DNA of 63,831 nucleotides, the filler included, from a bacterium (GTDB taxonomy: Bacteria > UBP15 > UBA6099 > JAJRTR01), in assembly GCA_024278215.1 (NCBI GenBank). It is 5 parts of 5 records of this genome, joined end to end, with 100 filler letters (N's around TTAATTAATTAA, not from the genome) between each part and the next. Parts side by side here need not be neighbours in the genome. Positions count along the whole stretch, not along the records: positions 19,034 to 31,266 come from JAJRTR010000059.1; positions 31,367 to 44,413 come from JAJRTR010000060.1; 3 more parts are not named here. One strand, given 5' to 3'. The notes under the pieces were generated by a model, which was not told the DNA's origin, searched no databases, and was given only the letters and a program-made list of their open reading frames with translations. Made by a program: the position numbers and the translations under genes. Shown in pieces: positions 23,212 to 32,447 of this stretch. Each line of letters opens with the position of its first letter. Within the stretch, counting starts at the first letter, position 1.

Positions 23212-23383
23212 TCGTCGGATACTACGTGGCGGAAGCTGGAGCTACTACTTAATCTACTGTCGCTTAGCTTACCGCACCGCAGTTATTCCGCCGGGGCGTT
23301 ACTACAACGTCGGCTTTCGCTTCGTACGGAATACTGATGGCTCGGTGATGAGAATGGGGGTTGATGATGCGCCAGATAATTGA
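23195..23383 (+). CDS. VR-like cassette 5 (stand-alone short ORF)
   Basis: Core 23225-23329 RGGSW...GFRFVR; leader nearly identical to that of cassette 4. Confidence 0.65.
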   Translation: MKTRYNRRILRGGSWSYYLIYCRLAYRTAVIPPGRYYNVGFRFVRNTDGSVMRMGVDDAPDN

Positions 23384-23735
23384 TCTTGCAAAAAAGCATA
23401 GACGCAAAGTAGTCGCCGGGGTACTTTCGACCGTTGCAATCGCGGCTGTGGTATCGGGCGTATCCGTCCTGCTTTACCAGCACAAAGACATTTCGCGTCT
23501 GGAACGAGAGGTGCGAGAGAAGCGAGCTGAGATTGAATCGATGCAAACATATATGCGCTTCTTAATCGACCGTTCGAAGGAAGACCGCGCCGCTCTGACG
23601 GCGGAACGGGAGATGCGGCAATTTTTCGAAACGAATATCCAACACGCAGCGAAAGCTTTGGATTCCGCCCTCGATGATTACTACACGGCACAGTGGCGGA
23701 TATATGAGCTTGAAGAAGAGCTGAAGAAAGAGTAG
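23361..23735 (+). CDS. Phage membrane-anchored coiled-coil protein
   Basis: One hydrophobic helix followed by a charged heptad-like region. Confidence 0.6.
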   Translation: MMMRQIIDLAKKHRRKVVAGVLSTVAIAAVVSGVSVLLYQHKDISRLEREVREKRAEIESMQTYMRFLIDRSKEDRAALTAEREMRQFFETNIQHAAKALDSALDDYYTAQWRIYELEEELKKE

Positions 23736-23748
23736 AATCAGAATTGGA

Positions 23749-24225
23749 ATGGCTATCAAGCTATCAGATATAAAGCTGAACGATCAAAACCCACGCAAAG
23801 CGACCGACAGGCAGATAGAAAAGCTCGCGAAGTCAATATCTGAATTCCCAAAAATGATGGCGTTGCGCCCGATCATAGTCGATGATGATAACGTCGTCCT
23901 CGCCGGGAACATGCGCTATCGTGCTTTGCGACTGCTTGGCAAAACAGAGATTCCTAATGCATGGGTCAAAAAAGCATCGACGTTAACTGATGAAGAGCGG
24001 CGGCGGCTTGTGATCGTTGACAATGCCAATTTCGTGGAATGGGATTATGATTCGTTGGGGCAATGGGATATTGGCGAACTCGGCAATTGGGGGGTTGGCG
24101 AGAATGTAATATCAAACATTGATATTCCTAAGTTTGAACCCGTAGATGAATCAGAAGTCCCAGATTTTATGCGTGAAAAAAAGCTTATGATTTGTCCTGA
24201 GTGCGGGCACGAATGGGCGGTTTAG
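23749..24225 (+). CDS. ParB N-terminal-like domain protein with C-terminal CPECG
   Basis: NDQNPR, RPIIVD, LAGNMRYRAL, IVDN...EWD. Confidence 0.85.
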   Translation: MAIKLSDIKLNDQNPRKATDRQIEKLAKSISEFPKMMALRPIIVDDDNVVLAGNMRYRALRLLGKTEIPNAWVKKASTLTDEERRRLVIVDNANFVEWDYDSLGQWDIGELGNWGVGENVISNIDIPKFEPVDESEVPDFMREKKLMICPECGHEWAV

Positions 24226-24833
24226 TTATTGATTGGTGTAATTTCTCCGCAGCGAAATATGCGGTTATGCGCTGGCATTATTCAAAGCGCATGCCTGCTC
24301 CGCCACGCGCATGCATTGGCGTGTGGGAAAATAATATATTCATTGGCACAATTATTTTTTCCCGTGGCGCGTCGGCTGGTATTGGATCGCCGTATAAATT
24401 ATCAAATACAGAATGTGTAGAATTGACACGAGTTGCACTTGGGAAGCACGAGGAACAAGTGTCGCGAATATTATCAATTGCCATCAAAAAACTGAAAAGG
24501 AAATGCCCTCCCTTGCGATTGATCGTGTCATATGCTGACCCGTGGCAGGGACATATGGGGAAGATTTATCAAGCCGGCAACTGGATATATACCGGACAGA
24601 CGGCCCCGGCAATTGTATATTTCGACGAATCAGGGAAAGAAATTCATAATAGATCAATCGGTGTGACAGGATATAGAAAACAATTCGGCGTTATGAAAAA
24701 GACGCGAACGCCTGATGAATTGCAAAAGACTGTTAGGCCGCCGAAATACAGATATCTATATCCGCTTGATTCTGCAATGCGAAAACGTATATTATTACTT
24801 TCGAGGCCGTATCCGTCTGCGCACGTGGTGTAA
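24213..24833 (+). CDS. Mom-like (phage Mu Mom family) DNA adenine hypermodification enzyme
   Basis: WHYS, GVWE, ELTRVAL, IVSYAD..QGHMGKIYQAGNWIYTG, KYRYLYPL...YP. Confidence 0.8.
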   Translation: MGGLVIDWCNFSAAKYAVMRWHYSKRMPAPPRACIGVWENNIFIGTIIFSRGASAGIGSPYKLSNTECVELTRVALGKHEEQVSRILSIAIKKLKRKCPPLRLIVSYADPWQGHMGKIYQAGNWIYTGQTAPAIVYFDESGKEIHNRSIGVTGYRKQFGVMKKTRTPDELQKTVRPPKYRYLYPLDSAMRKRILLLSRPYPSAHVV

Positions 24834-24889
24834 TGGAGCATTTGTAGATTCCATCTGCAAGGAGGGGGTTCGAATCCCGCCCGTGCGCT
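24819..24889 (+). tRNA. Atypical tRNA-Gly (anticodon TCC)
   Basis: Acceptor GCGCACG/CGTGCGC + T73; D arm GTGT-AATGGA-GCAT; anticodon arm TGTAG-ATTCCAT-CTGCA; T arm GGGGG-TTCGAAT-CCCGCC with one extra base; no encoded CCA. Confidence 0.8.
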
Positions 24890-24919
24890 GAAATATATGA
24901 AAAACAAGGGATAAACAAT

Positions 24920-25216
24920 ATGCCGTGGCAAAAAGGACAATCAGGAAATCCCAAAGGGCGGCCACCGAAGGTCAAGTGCATCCCGGACATCCTCAGGAAA
25001 ATAGCAGAGGAAGAAGGTACGAGTGACGGCAGATACACGAAAATTGAAGTCATAATGCGGAAGGTGTTCGAGTTTGCGCTTGAAGGGCGTCCGTGGGCCG
25101 TGCAATTCATCGCGGAACGGACGGAAGGCAAGGTGCCGGACAAGCATGAAATTTCCGGCCGTGATGCGGCTCCGATCGGGATGAAAGTCGTCCTCGACAA
25201 TGGCAAAGACTCGTAG
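24920..25216 (+). CDS. Putative terminase small subunit (DUF5681-like)
   Basis: KGQSGNPKGRPP N-terminus, ERTEGK; immediately upstream of TerL. Confidence 0.75.
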   Translation: MPWQKGQSGNPKGRPPKVKCIPDILRKIAEEEGTSDGRYTKIEVIMRKVFEFALEGRPWAVQFIAERTEGKVPDKHEISGRDAAPIGMKVVLDNGKDS

Positions 25217-26408
25217 AAGCATCACATATCGGTTATTGCCTGCCCAGACCAAGGTTTATCTACTCGAAAAGAAGTACAAAGCTTTTATCGGTGGAATAGG
25301 GTCGGGGAAAACATGGTTCGGCGCGTGGTGGTCGGTGCAACAACTCAATGGTGTGGGAGACGGTATGATTCTCGCGCCGACATACAGGATGCTCGAAGAT
25401 GTGACGCAACGACAATTTATTGATTTTCTTGACGCGCACAATATCCAATATGTGCATGAGACTGGCAAAAGCAGGGTCAGGACGTCGAGTGGGTATGTAT
25501 TTTTGCGTTCGGCAGAGCACCCGGAGCGATTGCGCGGAACGAATCTTGCCTGGGCATGGGGGGATGAGGCCGCGTTATGGAGAGTCGGCGCCTTCAAAAT
25601 CCTGCTTGGCCGGCTGCGGAAAAATGATGCACGCGCCCTGTTGACTACTACTCCTGCTGGGTTTAACTGGGTGTATGAGTATTTAGAGGAATTGCAGTCG
25701 GAACAATTCGGATATGTAATCGGATCAACGCGTGAGAACGTGCACCTTGATAATGAATTTGTATCGAGCCTAGAAGAGGCGTACACTGCAGAATACGCGG
25801 CGCAGGAGATCGACGGTCAATTCGTTGCATTCGAGGGGCTGGTGTATCCCGAGGTGCGAGACGGAGTACATATCATCGAGCCGTTCGATATCCCGTCCGA
25901 CTGGAGGCGGTATCGGGGTATTGATTTCGGATTTGTAAATCCATTTGTGTGTTTATGGGCCGCAGTTGATCACGATGGACGAATCTATTTCTACCGAGAG
26001 CATTACAAGACAAAAACATTATTGGTAGACCATGCCCGTATGATCAAGGCTGCGGATGTTTGCAATGATCAGAGAGACGTAGTACGATATAGTCAAACCG
26101 TGGCAGATCATGACACGCAAGATGTCGCGGAGTTACGGTCACACGGCATAGCGACAACGAAGGCACGAAAGAGCGTGTCGGTGGGAATTCAGAAGGTGAA
26201 AGCCAGGCTTGCAGTACAAGCAGATGGGAAGCCCAGAATGTTTTTTTTCTCGTCGTTGGTGCATACTCGTAAAGAACTGCGGTCATATCGATGGTCTGAT
26301 AAGGCGTTAAAAGACGAGCCGATAAAAGAAAGCGACCACGCGATGGATGCAATGCGGTATATTGTAATGGCGGTAGACGGCCCGAAGGTGGGGGTGCGAA
26401 TAGTATGA
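25200..26408 (+). CDS. Terminase large subunit
   Basis: Walker A GGIGSGKT, Walker B WGDEAA, TTTP, nuclease GIDFG and DHAMDAMRY. Confidence 0.95.
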   Translation: MAKTRRSITYRLLPAQTKVYLLEKKYKAFIGGIGSGKTWFGAWWSVQQLNGVGDGMILAPTYRMLEDVTQRQFIDFLDAHNIQYVHETGKSRVRTSSGYVFLRSAEHPERLRGTNLAWAWGDEAALWRVGAFKILLGRLRKNDARALLTTTPAGFNWVYEYLEELQSEQFGYVIGSTRENVHLDNEFVSSLEEAYTAEYAAQEIDGQFVAFEGLVYPEVRDGVHIIEPFDIPSDWRRYRGIDFGFVNPFVCLWAAVDHDGRIYFYREHYKTKTLLVDHARMIKAADVCNDQRDVVRYSQTVADHDTQDVAELRSHGIATTKARKSVSVGIQKVKARLAVQADGKPRMFFFSSLVHTRKELRSYRWSDKALKDEPIKESDHAMDAMRYIVMAVDGPKVGVRIV

Positions 26409-28426
26409 AATCGATTCCCGCAATGATTGCCGACGGAATTAGAACACGAATACATAGATGGGCCTATACAAAAGCAACAACGCAGATCAGATTGACCGAC
26501 CCTGGCGTGCGCAAGGTCTTTGGGATTGACCTCGGCGACCAAGAGGAATTGACCGACCCGTTCAAACAACTCCCGATTGTGCGTGCAGCGATAAGCGCAA
26601 AGGCAGCGAACATCGCGCAGGTGCCATTTGTGATTCGGCAGCGTGGGGCGGACGAGCCGGTGCCCGAGAACCATCCGCTCGTGGAATTGTTCAACGATAT
26701 CAATCCGTATCTCTCGAAATATGATTTTTTCGAACTGATAGTGACATACATGGACGGATGGGGAGACGCGCCGATTTTTCTTGAACGCGAGTTTGAAAGA
26801 GCGCCTGGAATCCCACAGTTTTTGTGGATGGAATTCCCGACAATGGTCCGCGCAGCAAAGTACCAACAGAGGTTCGTGTGATGGTTGGTGCGGCGCGGGA
26901 AGCAACAAGAATTTTTTCTGCCTGAAGAAACAATCCTGATTAAATATCCGAACCCATATGACAAGTTGAGGGGGTTATCGAAGCTGTCTGCGTTGGAGAT
27001 TACCAACAAGGCCGATTGGGGCGCGATCAAGTCGAACCAGATGATTTTCGAAAATGACATCGGAGCAGGTGTTGTTTTTTCGGCACCTGAGGGCGTCGAG
27101 CTGGAAGATGCCGATTACAAGCGGATAGAACAGGAGCTCATCAAAAAGCGCGAAGGCGCGAAGTATCATCACAAGGCTATGATCCTCTCCGGCGGAATGA
27201 AGGCCGACGACCTGCGAAAGACGAATCGTGACATGCAGTATATCGAATTGCGGAAGTTCAACCGCGAAGACGTATCGATGGTCATGAAGGTTCCGAAGCC
27301 TGAGCTTGAATTGTACGAGGATATTAATTACGCGACGGCGCTTAGCTCCGATCGGTCGTTCTGGAAAAAAACACTGATACCGCTTATGCGGAAGATCGAA
27401 GACGCGCTCAACACGCAGTTTTTCTACCGGCGTGGGTACGAGTGTTATTTCGATGTAGCGCAGATCGACGTACTCAATAGCGAGGTGCTCGAAAAGGCCG
27501 ATACTGCGCAAAAATATATCGCAATCGGATATACGCTGAACCAAGTCAATGAGCGTCTAGGGCTCGGGTTCCCTGAGGTCCCCTGGGGGGATGATCCGTT
27601 CGCAGGAACAGCACTACTGCCTGAGCCGCAGGTGCGCGACGTGACGCCGAAAGCGCCAGAATCCATAATGAGCGAAGTGCATCGTAAGCAGTGGCTGGAC
27701 ATCGTGCAAAAAATCCTGCCCGAGGTAGGGCGCGCAAGTAAAAGCGTAAAAGCCTATTTCAAAAAGATCGAAAGAAAAATCCTGCGCGAAATGATCAAGC
27801 GCGTCGATGGGCGCGTGGTTGAGATCAAGGCGCCGACTGATGATTACGAATGGATTGAAGATCTGTTTGAAGAATCGGAATTGAAACGGATCATCGAAGC
27901 GCATCATCGTGCAGCGGCGAAAACCGGCATCGTGTCGATAGATACTCCGGCAAAAGTGGACCCAGACCCTATCGTCAGGGCTGTCCTGGCTGCGCATGGC
28001 GGGGACAAGATAGCCGATATCAATCGGAGAGCGAGCCGATACGTAATTGAAAAGTTGCGCAGCATCCTCGACCAGGCGATTGCCGATGGTGTGCCTGAAG
28101 AAGAAGTGGCGCAGAGAATAGCGACCGGATTGAAATCGAGCATGGCGAACATTTCGCGTCGCGCGCGGACAATCGCGCGGACAGAAATACACGGCGCGTA
28201 TTCGCAGGGGCGACACGAAACGATGATGCAGACGGCGCCCGTGCGGCTGCGGTGGCTCAGTACGCATGATGACGCTGTGCGTGAGAGCCACGAAATGATG
28301 GACGGCGAAGTCACCGACCCGGGAGAGATGTTTTCAAATGGGCTGCGATTTCCGCTCGATCCGAACGCCACAGACCCGGGGGAAGTGATAAATTGTCGGT
28401 GCGCCGTGATAGCGGAATATGAATAG
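26405..28426 (+). CDS. Portal protein fused to MuF/gp7-like head morphogenesis domain; in-frame TGA at 26879-26881
   Basis: ORFs 26405-26881 and 26885-28426 are in one frame; portal motifs YPNPYDKLRGLS, DMQYIE, TLNQVNERLG; MuF motifs RARTIARTE, WLS..D..VRESH, VINCRC. Confidence 0.85.
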
Positions 28427-28429
28427 GAG

Positions 28430-29161
28430 ATGATGATGGATAAATTGATAGCGGTATCGTACGGAATCAAAACCGTCGAGGCTAAAGGCAAAACACTCTA
28501 TCGTGCGACTGCGAACACAAAGGCAATTGACCGTGACAATGAAATCATCCTGCCGTCAGGCTGCACGAATCTGAAACAATGGCTCGCAACGAACCCAGTG
28601 ATTTTTTACGGGCATGCGTGGATGTCCTGGGATGGCGAATCTGAGGAGAAATTGCCGATCGGCAGGGCGGAGAAAGCGCACCGAAGAAAATCAGACGGAG
28701 CTATTGAGATTGCCTGGTGGTTCCACGAGGGTGATTTTGCGCAGAAGGTGAAATATTTAGTGGACGAAACAGTGCTCAATGCAACGAGTATCGGATTTAT
28801 CGCTAAGGAATGGGAAAGCAATCCGGAAGTGATCGAGGAAATCATTGAGTCTGAAGGCATCGAACAGGAGAAGAAGGCAAAACTTCCGGGAGCGGTCTGC
28901 ACGAAATGGGAATTATTAGAATTGTCTGTCGTGTCGATCCCGTCGAACAGGGAAGCGGAAATCCTGCGGTCGCTTGAGCCTGAAAGCGCGCTTGCGTTGG
29001 CGCTCAAGTCCGTGCACTTGCCGGCAGGCAAGCGAAGTGATACAATGTCCAATAGCGAAGATGTAGAAGAGGTGGAAGCAGACGCGACGCCGCCTCAACG
29101 CTGCAAGACGTTCGCAGAAAAATATCAGGGGGTGTTTCAATGGACAAGCTTGAAGCACTGA
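28430..29161 (+). CDS. HK97-family prohead protease
   Basis: IDRDNEII, NPVIFYGH, PIG, TSIGF, ELLELSVVSIPSN. Confidence 0.88.
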   Translation: MMMDKLIAVSYGIKTVEAKGKTLYRATANTKAIDRDNEIILPSGCTNLKQWLATNPVIFYGHAWMSWDGESEEKLPIGRAEKAHRRKSDGAIEIAWWFHEGDFAQKVKYLVDETVLNATSIGFIAKEWESNPEVIEEIIESEGIEQEKKAKLPGAVCTKWELLELSVVSIPSNREAEILRSLEPESALALALKSVHLPAGKRSDTMSNSEDVEEVEADATPPQRCKTFAEKYQGVFQWTSLKH

Positions 29162-30480
29162 AAAAGAATGCCGAACTGCTCAAAAAATTGATCGAGCAGA
29201 CCGAGGACGAGCAGACGGCGAAAGCATATTCGGAGCAGTACGACGAATGTCTCCGTGAAATCGCGCGAGAAGAAGCGCGCGAAGAGCAGAAGACGGAGAT
29301 CAAGGCGCTCAAAGACGAAATCGCCGCGATGAAATCGTCTCAAGCAAAAATCTTCGACGTTATCGAGGCGGGGACGATTACCGTCGGTGCCGGGAAGACG
29401 GAGTCCTATAAGGGCTTCAATCTGAACCGCGAAGTGAAGCTCGCCGGTATGCGGGCGATCAAACATCAGGGGATCATCAACCGGAGGTTCGCTGCGGATC
29501 CTGAACTCGCTATGAATTTGTCGAAAATGTTCATCGACAAGTACGTCGAGGCGAGCCGGAAATCGCCGTTGGAAATCGCAAGAGCAAAAGCGGCGATGCA
29601 GGAAGGGACCGATCCCGAAGGTGGATATCTCACGCCGACCGAACAGCGATTCGAGCTCGTCGCGTATGCGCGCGAGGCTTCTATCGCGCTGCAACGGGCG
29701 ACGCACATCTCGATGACCTCCGACGTGATGACCATTCCGACCGAGTTGACCAAAGTCTCGGTAGCTGTCACGGCCGAAGAGGCGCAGGCGACCGAGACCG
29801 AGCCGACGTTCGACCAGGTAACGTTGACCGCGAAGCGGTACGACGGATACGGAAAAACGTCGAACGAACTCCTCGAAGACGCGGCAGTCAACGGCGGAAT
29901 CGTAGGACTGCTCCTCGACCAATTCATCGAGGCGACCGGCAAAGCGATCGATTCGGTCGTGTTCACGGCTCCTGGGGATCCTGCGTCGGGTATTTTCTCG
30001 GCAAAAGCCGGCGCGTCGGTCGTGTTCGATTCCGGCTCGACCGCCTTCTCGGAAATCATCGAGGCCGACCTCCGCGAAGCGATTCGCAAGGTGAAAAAGG
30101 AATACAGGGACGGCGCCGTGTGGATGATGCACGACGAGCTCCTGTGGGACTACATCCGTGGACTGAAAGACTCGAACTGAAACTACCTGTTCGCCGAAGC
30201 GCGAAGCGGTGGCCCGCCGCCGCAGTCGATCTGGGGCTACGATGTCGTTTCGAGCTCGCAAATGAACGCAGTGTCTGATAGTGCCGCAGGCGCGACCTTC
30301 GGCGCTTTCGGAAATCTCCGGGGTGCATACATCGGAGACAGAATCACGAACTTCGATATCATGATCGATCCATACACGCTTATGGAGTATCATCAGTCGA
30401 GGTTCTATTGCTACACAAGATGGGCGGTAGTAATCGCGCTGCCGAACTATTTCTGCCGAATCGTGACGGCTGCAAGCTAA
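29140..30480 (+). CDS. HK97-fold major capsid protein; in-frame TGA at 30178-30180
   Basis: EGGYLTP, SNELLED; LKDSN*NYLF...IWGYDV continues in frame to TAA 30478-30480. Confidence 0.88.
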
Positions 30481-30489
30481 GCGATGTGA

Positions 30490-30519
30490 CGGGGCGTCCT
30501 TCGGGGCGCTCCGGTTTAT
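30490..30519 (+). terminator. Hairpin/terminator after the capsid gene
   Basis: CGGGGCGTCC-TTCG-GGGCGCTCCG stem-loop, short T tract. Confidence 0.6.
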
Positions 30520-30532
30520 ACCGAGAGGACGA

Positions 30533-30694
30533 ATGACCAAATCATATAAACGAGAATGTCCGAATTGCCGACGCAAAACGCATGATGAGCATGAAACAAT
30601 ATGTATCGCCTGCGGGCACGCAACGAGGGAATACGTTCCGCCGAGGACGTCGTTCAAAAGCAAAGTCGTAACGAAATCCCCACCCGAGAAATAA
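30533..30694 (+). CDS. Small zinc-ribbon protein (53 aa; below the ORF-track cutoff)
   Basis: GAGG RBS; MTKSYKRECPNC...CIACG...PPEK*. Confidence 0.6.
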   Translation: MTKSYKRECPNCRRKTHDEHETICIACGHATREYVPPRTSFKSKVVTKSPPEK

Positions 30695-30695
30695 C

Positions 30696-31266
30696 GTGCT
30701 TCGCCTCAATTGGGCGCATTCATACGATGCGATAGGCAACGCGCTCGGATATTCGACGCATGCAAAAATGCTTAGAGCCGCATTAGAGCGTCGATCGGAT
30801 GTCGAGATTGTAGACGACGACTCTGCTCCTATTTCAGTCCACATCGTTACGCCGGATATTTACCTGCCTGATTACCAAAAATTCAACGTGCTCTATACGA
30901 TGTACGAGATGGTCGAGCTGCCGCCGCGATGGATTGAGCCGCTGCAATATGCCGACCTCATCGTTGTACCGTGTTCGCATAATCAGGATTTATTCAGCCG
31001 GTATGTGGCGGATATCCCGGTTGATGTTTGTCTTGAGGGAGTAGAGGTAGACAAATTCACTTTTTATGCTCGGCAGTTTCCGAAATTATACCGGTTTGTG
31101 TTTTACTGGTGTGGCGCGTCGAATCCTCGGAAAGGGTATCACTACACGATTGCAGCATTGGCCGCGTTCAACAACACCCACCCGGATCTAGCAAGTAAAA
31201 TCCTGCTGTACATGAAAACGACGCAGGTAAGTGATCAAGAACATATTATCGGATACAAGGCAGGCA
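30696..31266 (+). CDS. Phage glycosyltransferase, GT-B/GT4-like (partial)
   Basis: GYSTHA, YTMYE...P..W, DLIVVPC, GVE...F, NPRKG. Confidence 0.75.
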
Positions 31267-31366
31267 NNNNNNNNNNNNNNNNNNNNNNNNNNNNNNNNNN
31301 NNNNNNNNNNTTAATTAATTAANNNNNNNNNNNNNNNNNNNNNNNNNNNNNNNNNNNNNNNNNNNN
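31267..31366. other. Artificial contig spacer
   Basis: N-run with TTAATTAATTAA linker. Confidence 0.97.
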
Positions 31367-31821
31367 ACCCTTTTGATGTTCACTCCGGTCGCTCCGGCGC
31401 TTACGTTGGAAACGCAGACGCGGTATGTTCGATGGTCAACGAGATAAACCGCGACGTTCGTGCGCGCGGAGCTGTATTCGGGGTGGTCATGATCCCTTAT
31501 GTCCTTGACGACAAAAGGTACGATTCCCCGGGAGACAATATTTACCCGCCGGAATTATATGGAAACGCTTTTCTGGATTGTATGAACCACAGCGGCATCC
31601 CCTTTTTCAATCTTCACGGCGCGTTCGACGGCAACAGCCTCGATATCAATAATCCGGATACAGTTTTTTTCAGGGACCGCCATTTCAATGAAACCGGGAA
31701 CAGGAAAGCGGCGGAACTGCTCGCACCGTTTGAAAGGAAACTCCTAGGCGCAAACCCGCATATTTCACCAATGCGGGCCAATAATCGGGAGAATGCCTGT
31801 AATACAAAGCGCGGCAAGTGA
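31367..31821 (+). CDS. SGNH/GDSL hydrolase-like protein, C-terminal fragment
   Basis: Block V-like DRHFNETGN; 5' end lost at contig edge. Confidence 0.6.
31753..31796 (+). repeat. Short palindromic repeat
   Basis: AACCCGCATATTTCACCAATGCGGGCC + AATAATCGGGAGAATGC. Confidence 0.8.
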
Positions 31822-31847
31822 GTGTGCGGGGGAGCACAGAACGAACC

Positions 31848-32447
31848 TCATCCGAGCACGGCGCGCCACCTTTCAATATTTCTCAACTTTGTGCAGACGG
31901 CATCGGGTGTGATGCCGCGCCCGACGAGTAGTGCGGCTATCGTTTCTATGTCATGTTCACGCGACTGAAGTTCCGGGGACACGACGCAGATTTTGAAACC
32001 GGCTTCCTTCAACATATCGCAATCCGGTTTTTCAAGTGGAAACTCCGTAAAGCAGTCGACCCACACCCACTGCGCGAGTCCCCGTGCCGCCATCACTGTT
32101 TCGATGCTTTCATACTCGGAATACCTTACCGCCTGCCGGGTTTGCTCTTCCGCACCGAGCCGCGCTATCATCGGGAACGACGAATCGAGAAAAAAGAAAT
32201 TCTCGATACTGTACTCTTTGAGGAGTTCCAGCGTGCGGAATTCGATCCCCTCGCTTTTTACATTTATTATCATTGTGCCGTGCCTGTATTGTTCAAGATA
32301 GAGTGAAAAATCCACACCTCCAAGAAAAGGGTCATGGTTGAGAATCAGGCGTTTGCCGTAAGCCCTGAGGTCGAGTTCGACCCCGAACGACACCGGCACG
32401 TTTTTCAACTCATCAATTGTGTTTATCCTGTGAGCTATGAATTCCAT
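31848..32447 (-). CDS. GDPD-like phosphodiesterase-fold protein
   Basis: IAHRIN, GVELDLR, LNHDP, INVKSEG, WVWVDCF, VSPELQ. Confidence 0.7.
   Translation of the reverse strand: MEFIAHRINTIDELKNVPVSFGVELDLRAYGKRLILNHDPFLGGVDFSLYLEQYRHGTMIINVKSEGIEFRTLELLKEYSIENFFFLDSSFPMIARLGAEEQTRQAVRYSEYESIETVMAARGLAQWVWVDCFTEFPLEKPDCDMLKEAGFKICVVSPELQSREHDIETIAALLVGRGITPDAVCTKLRNIERWRAVLG

Larger units (their letters stand above)
19034..31266 (+). mobile_element. Tailed phage/prophage fragment (whole contig)
   Basis: Co-oriented, tightly overlapping ORFs including terminase small/large, portal, prohead protease and HK97-fold capsid; no integrase or att site visible. Confidence 0.95.

Noticed and set aside
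21711-23383. Complete active DGR, or a CRISPR array
   Set aside because: No RT, Avd or adenine-rich template on the contig; the units are divergent protein-coding repeats, not repeat-spacer units
24819-24889. Reading the tRNA as Trp(CCA) or as a UGA suppressor
   Set aside because: The 7-nt loop ATTCCAT puts TCC at 34-36, the acceptor and discriminator are Gly-type, and UCC does not pair with UGA
26879-30180. Selenocysteine at the two TGAs
   Set aside because: The capsid site is a conserved Gly and neither site lies in a redox Cys motif
19034-31266. Whole-phage genetic code 4 or 25
   Set aside because: TGA ends several genes, two in ATGA-coupled overlaps; only two internal TGAs seen; Trp does not fit the capsid motif
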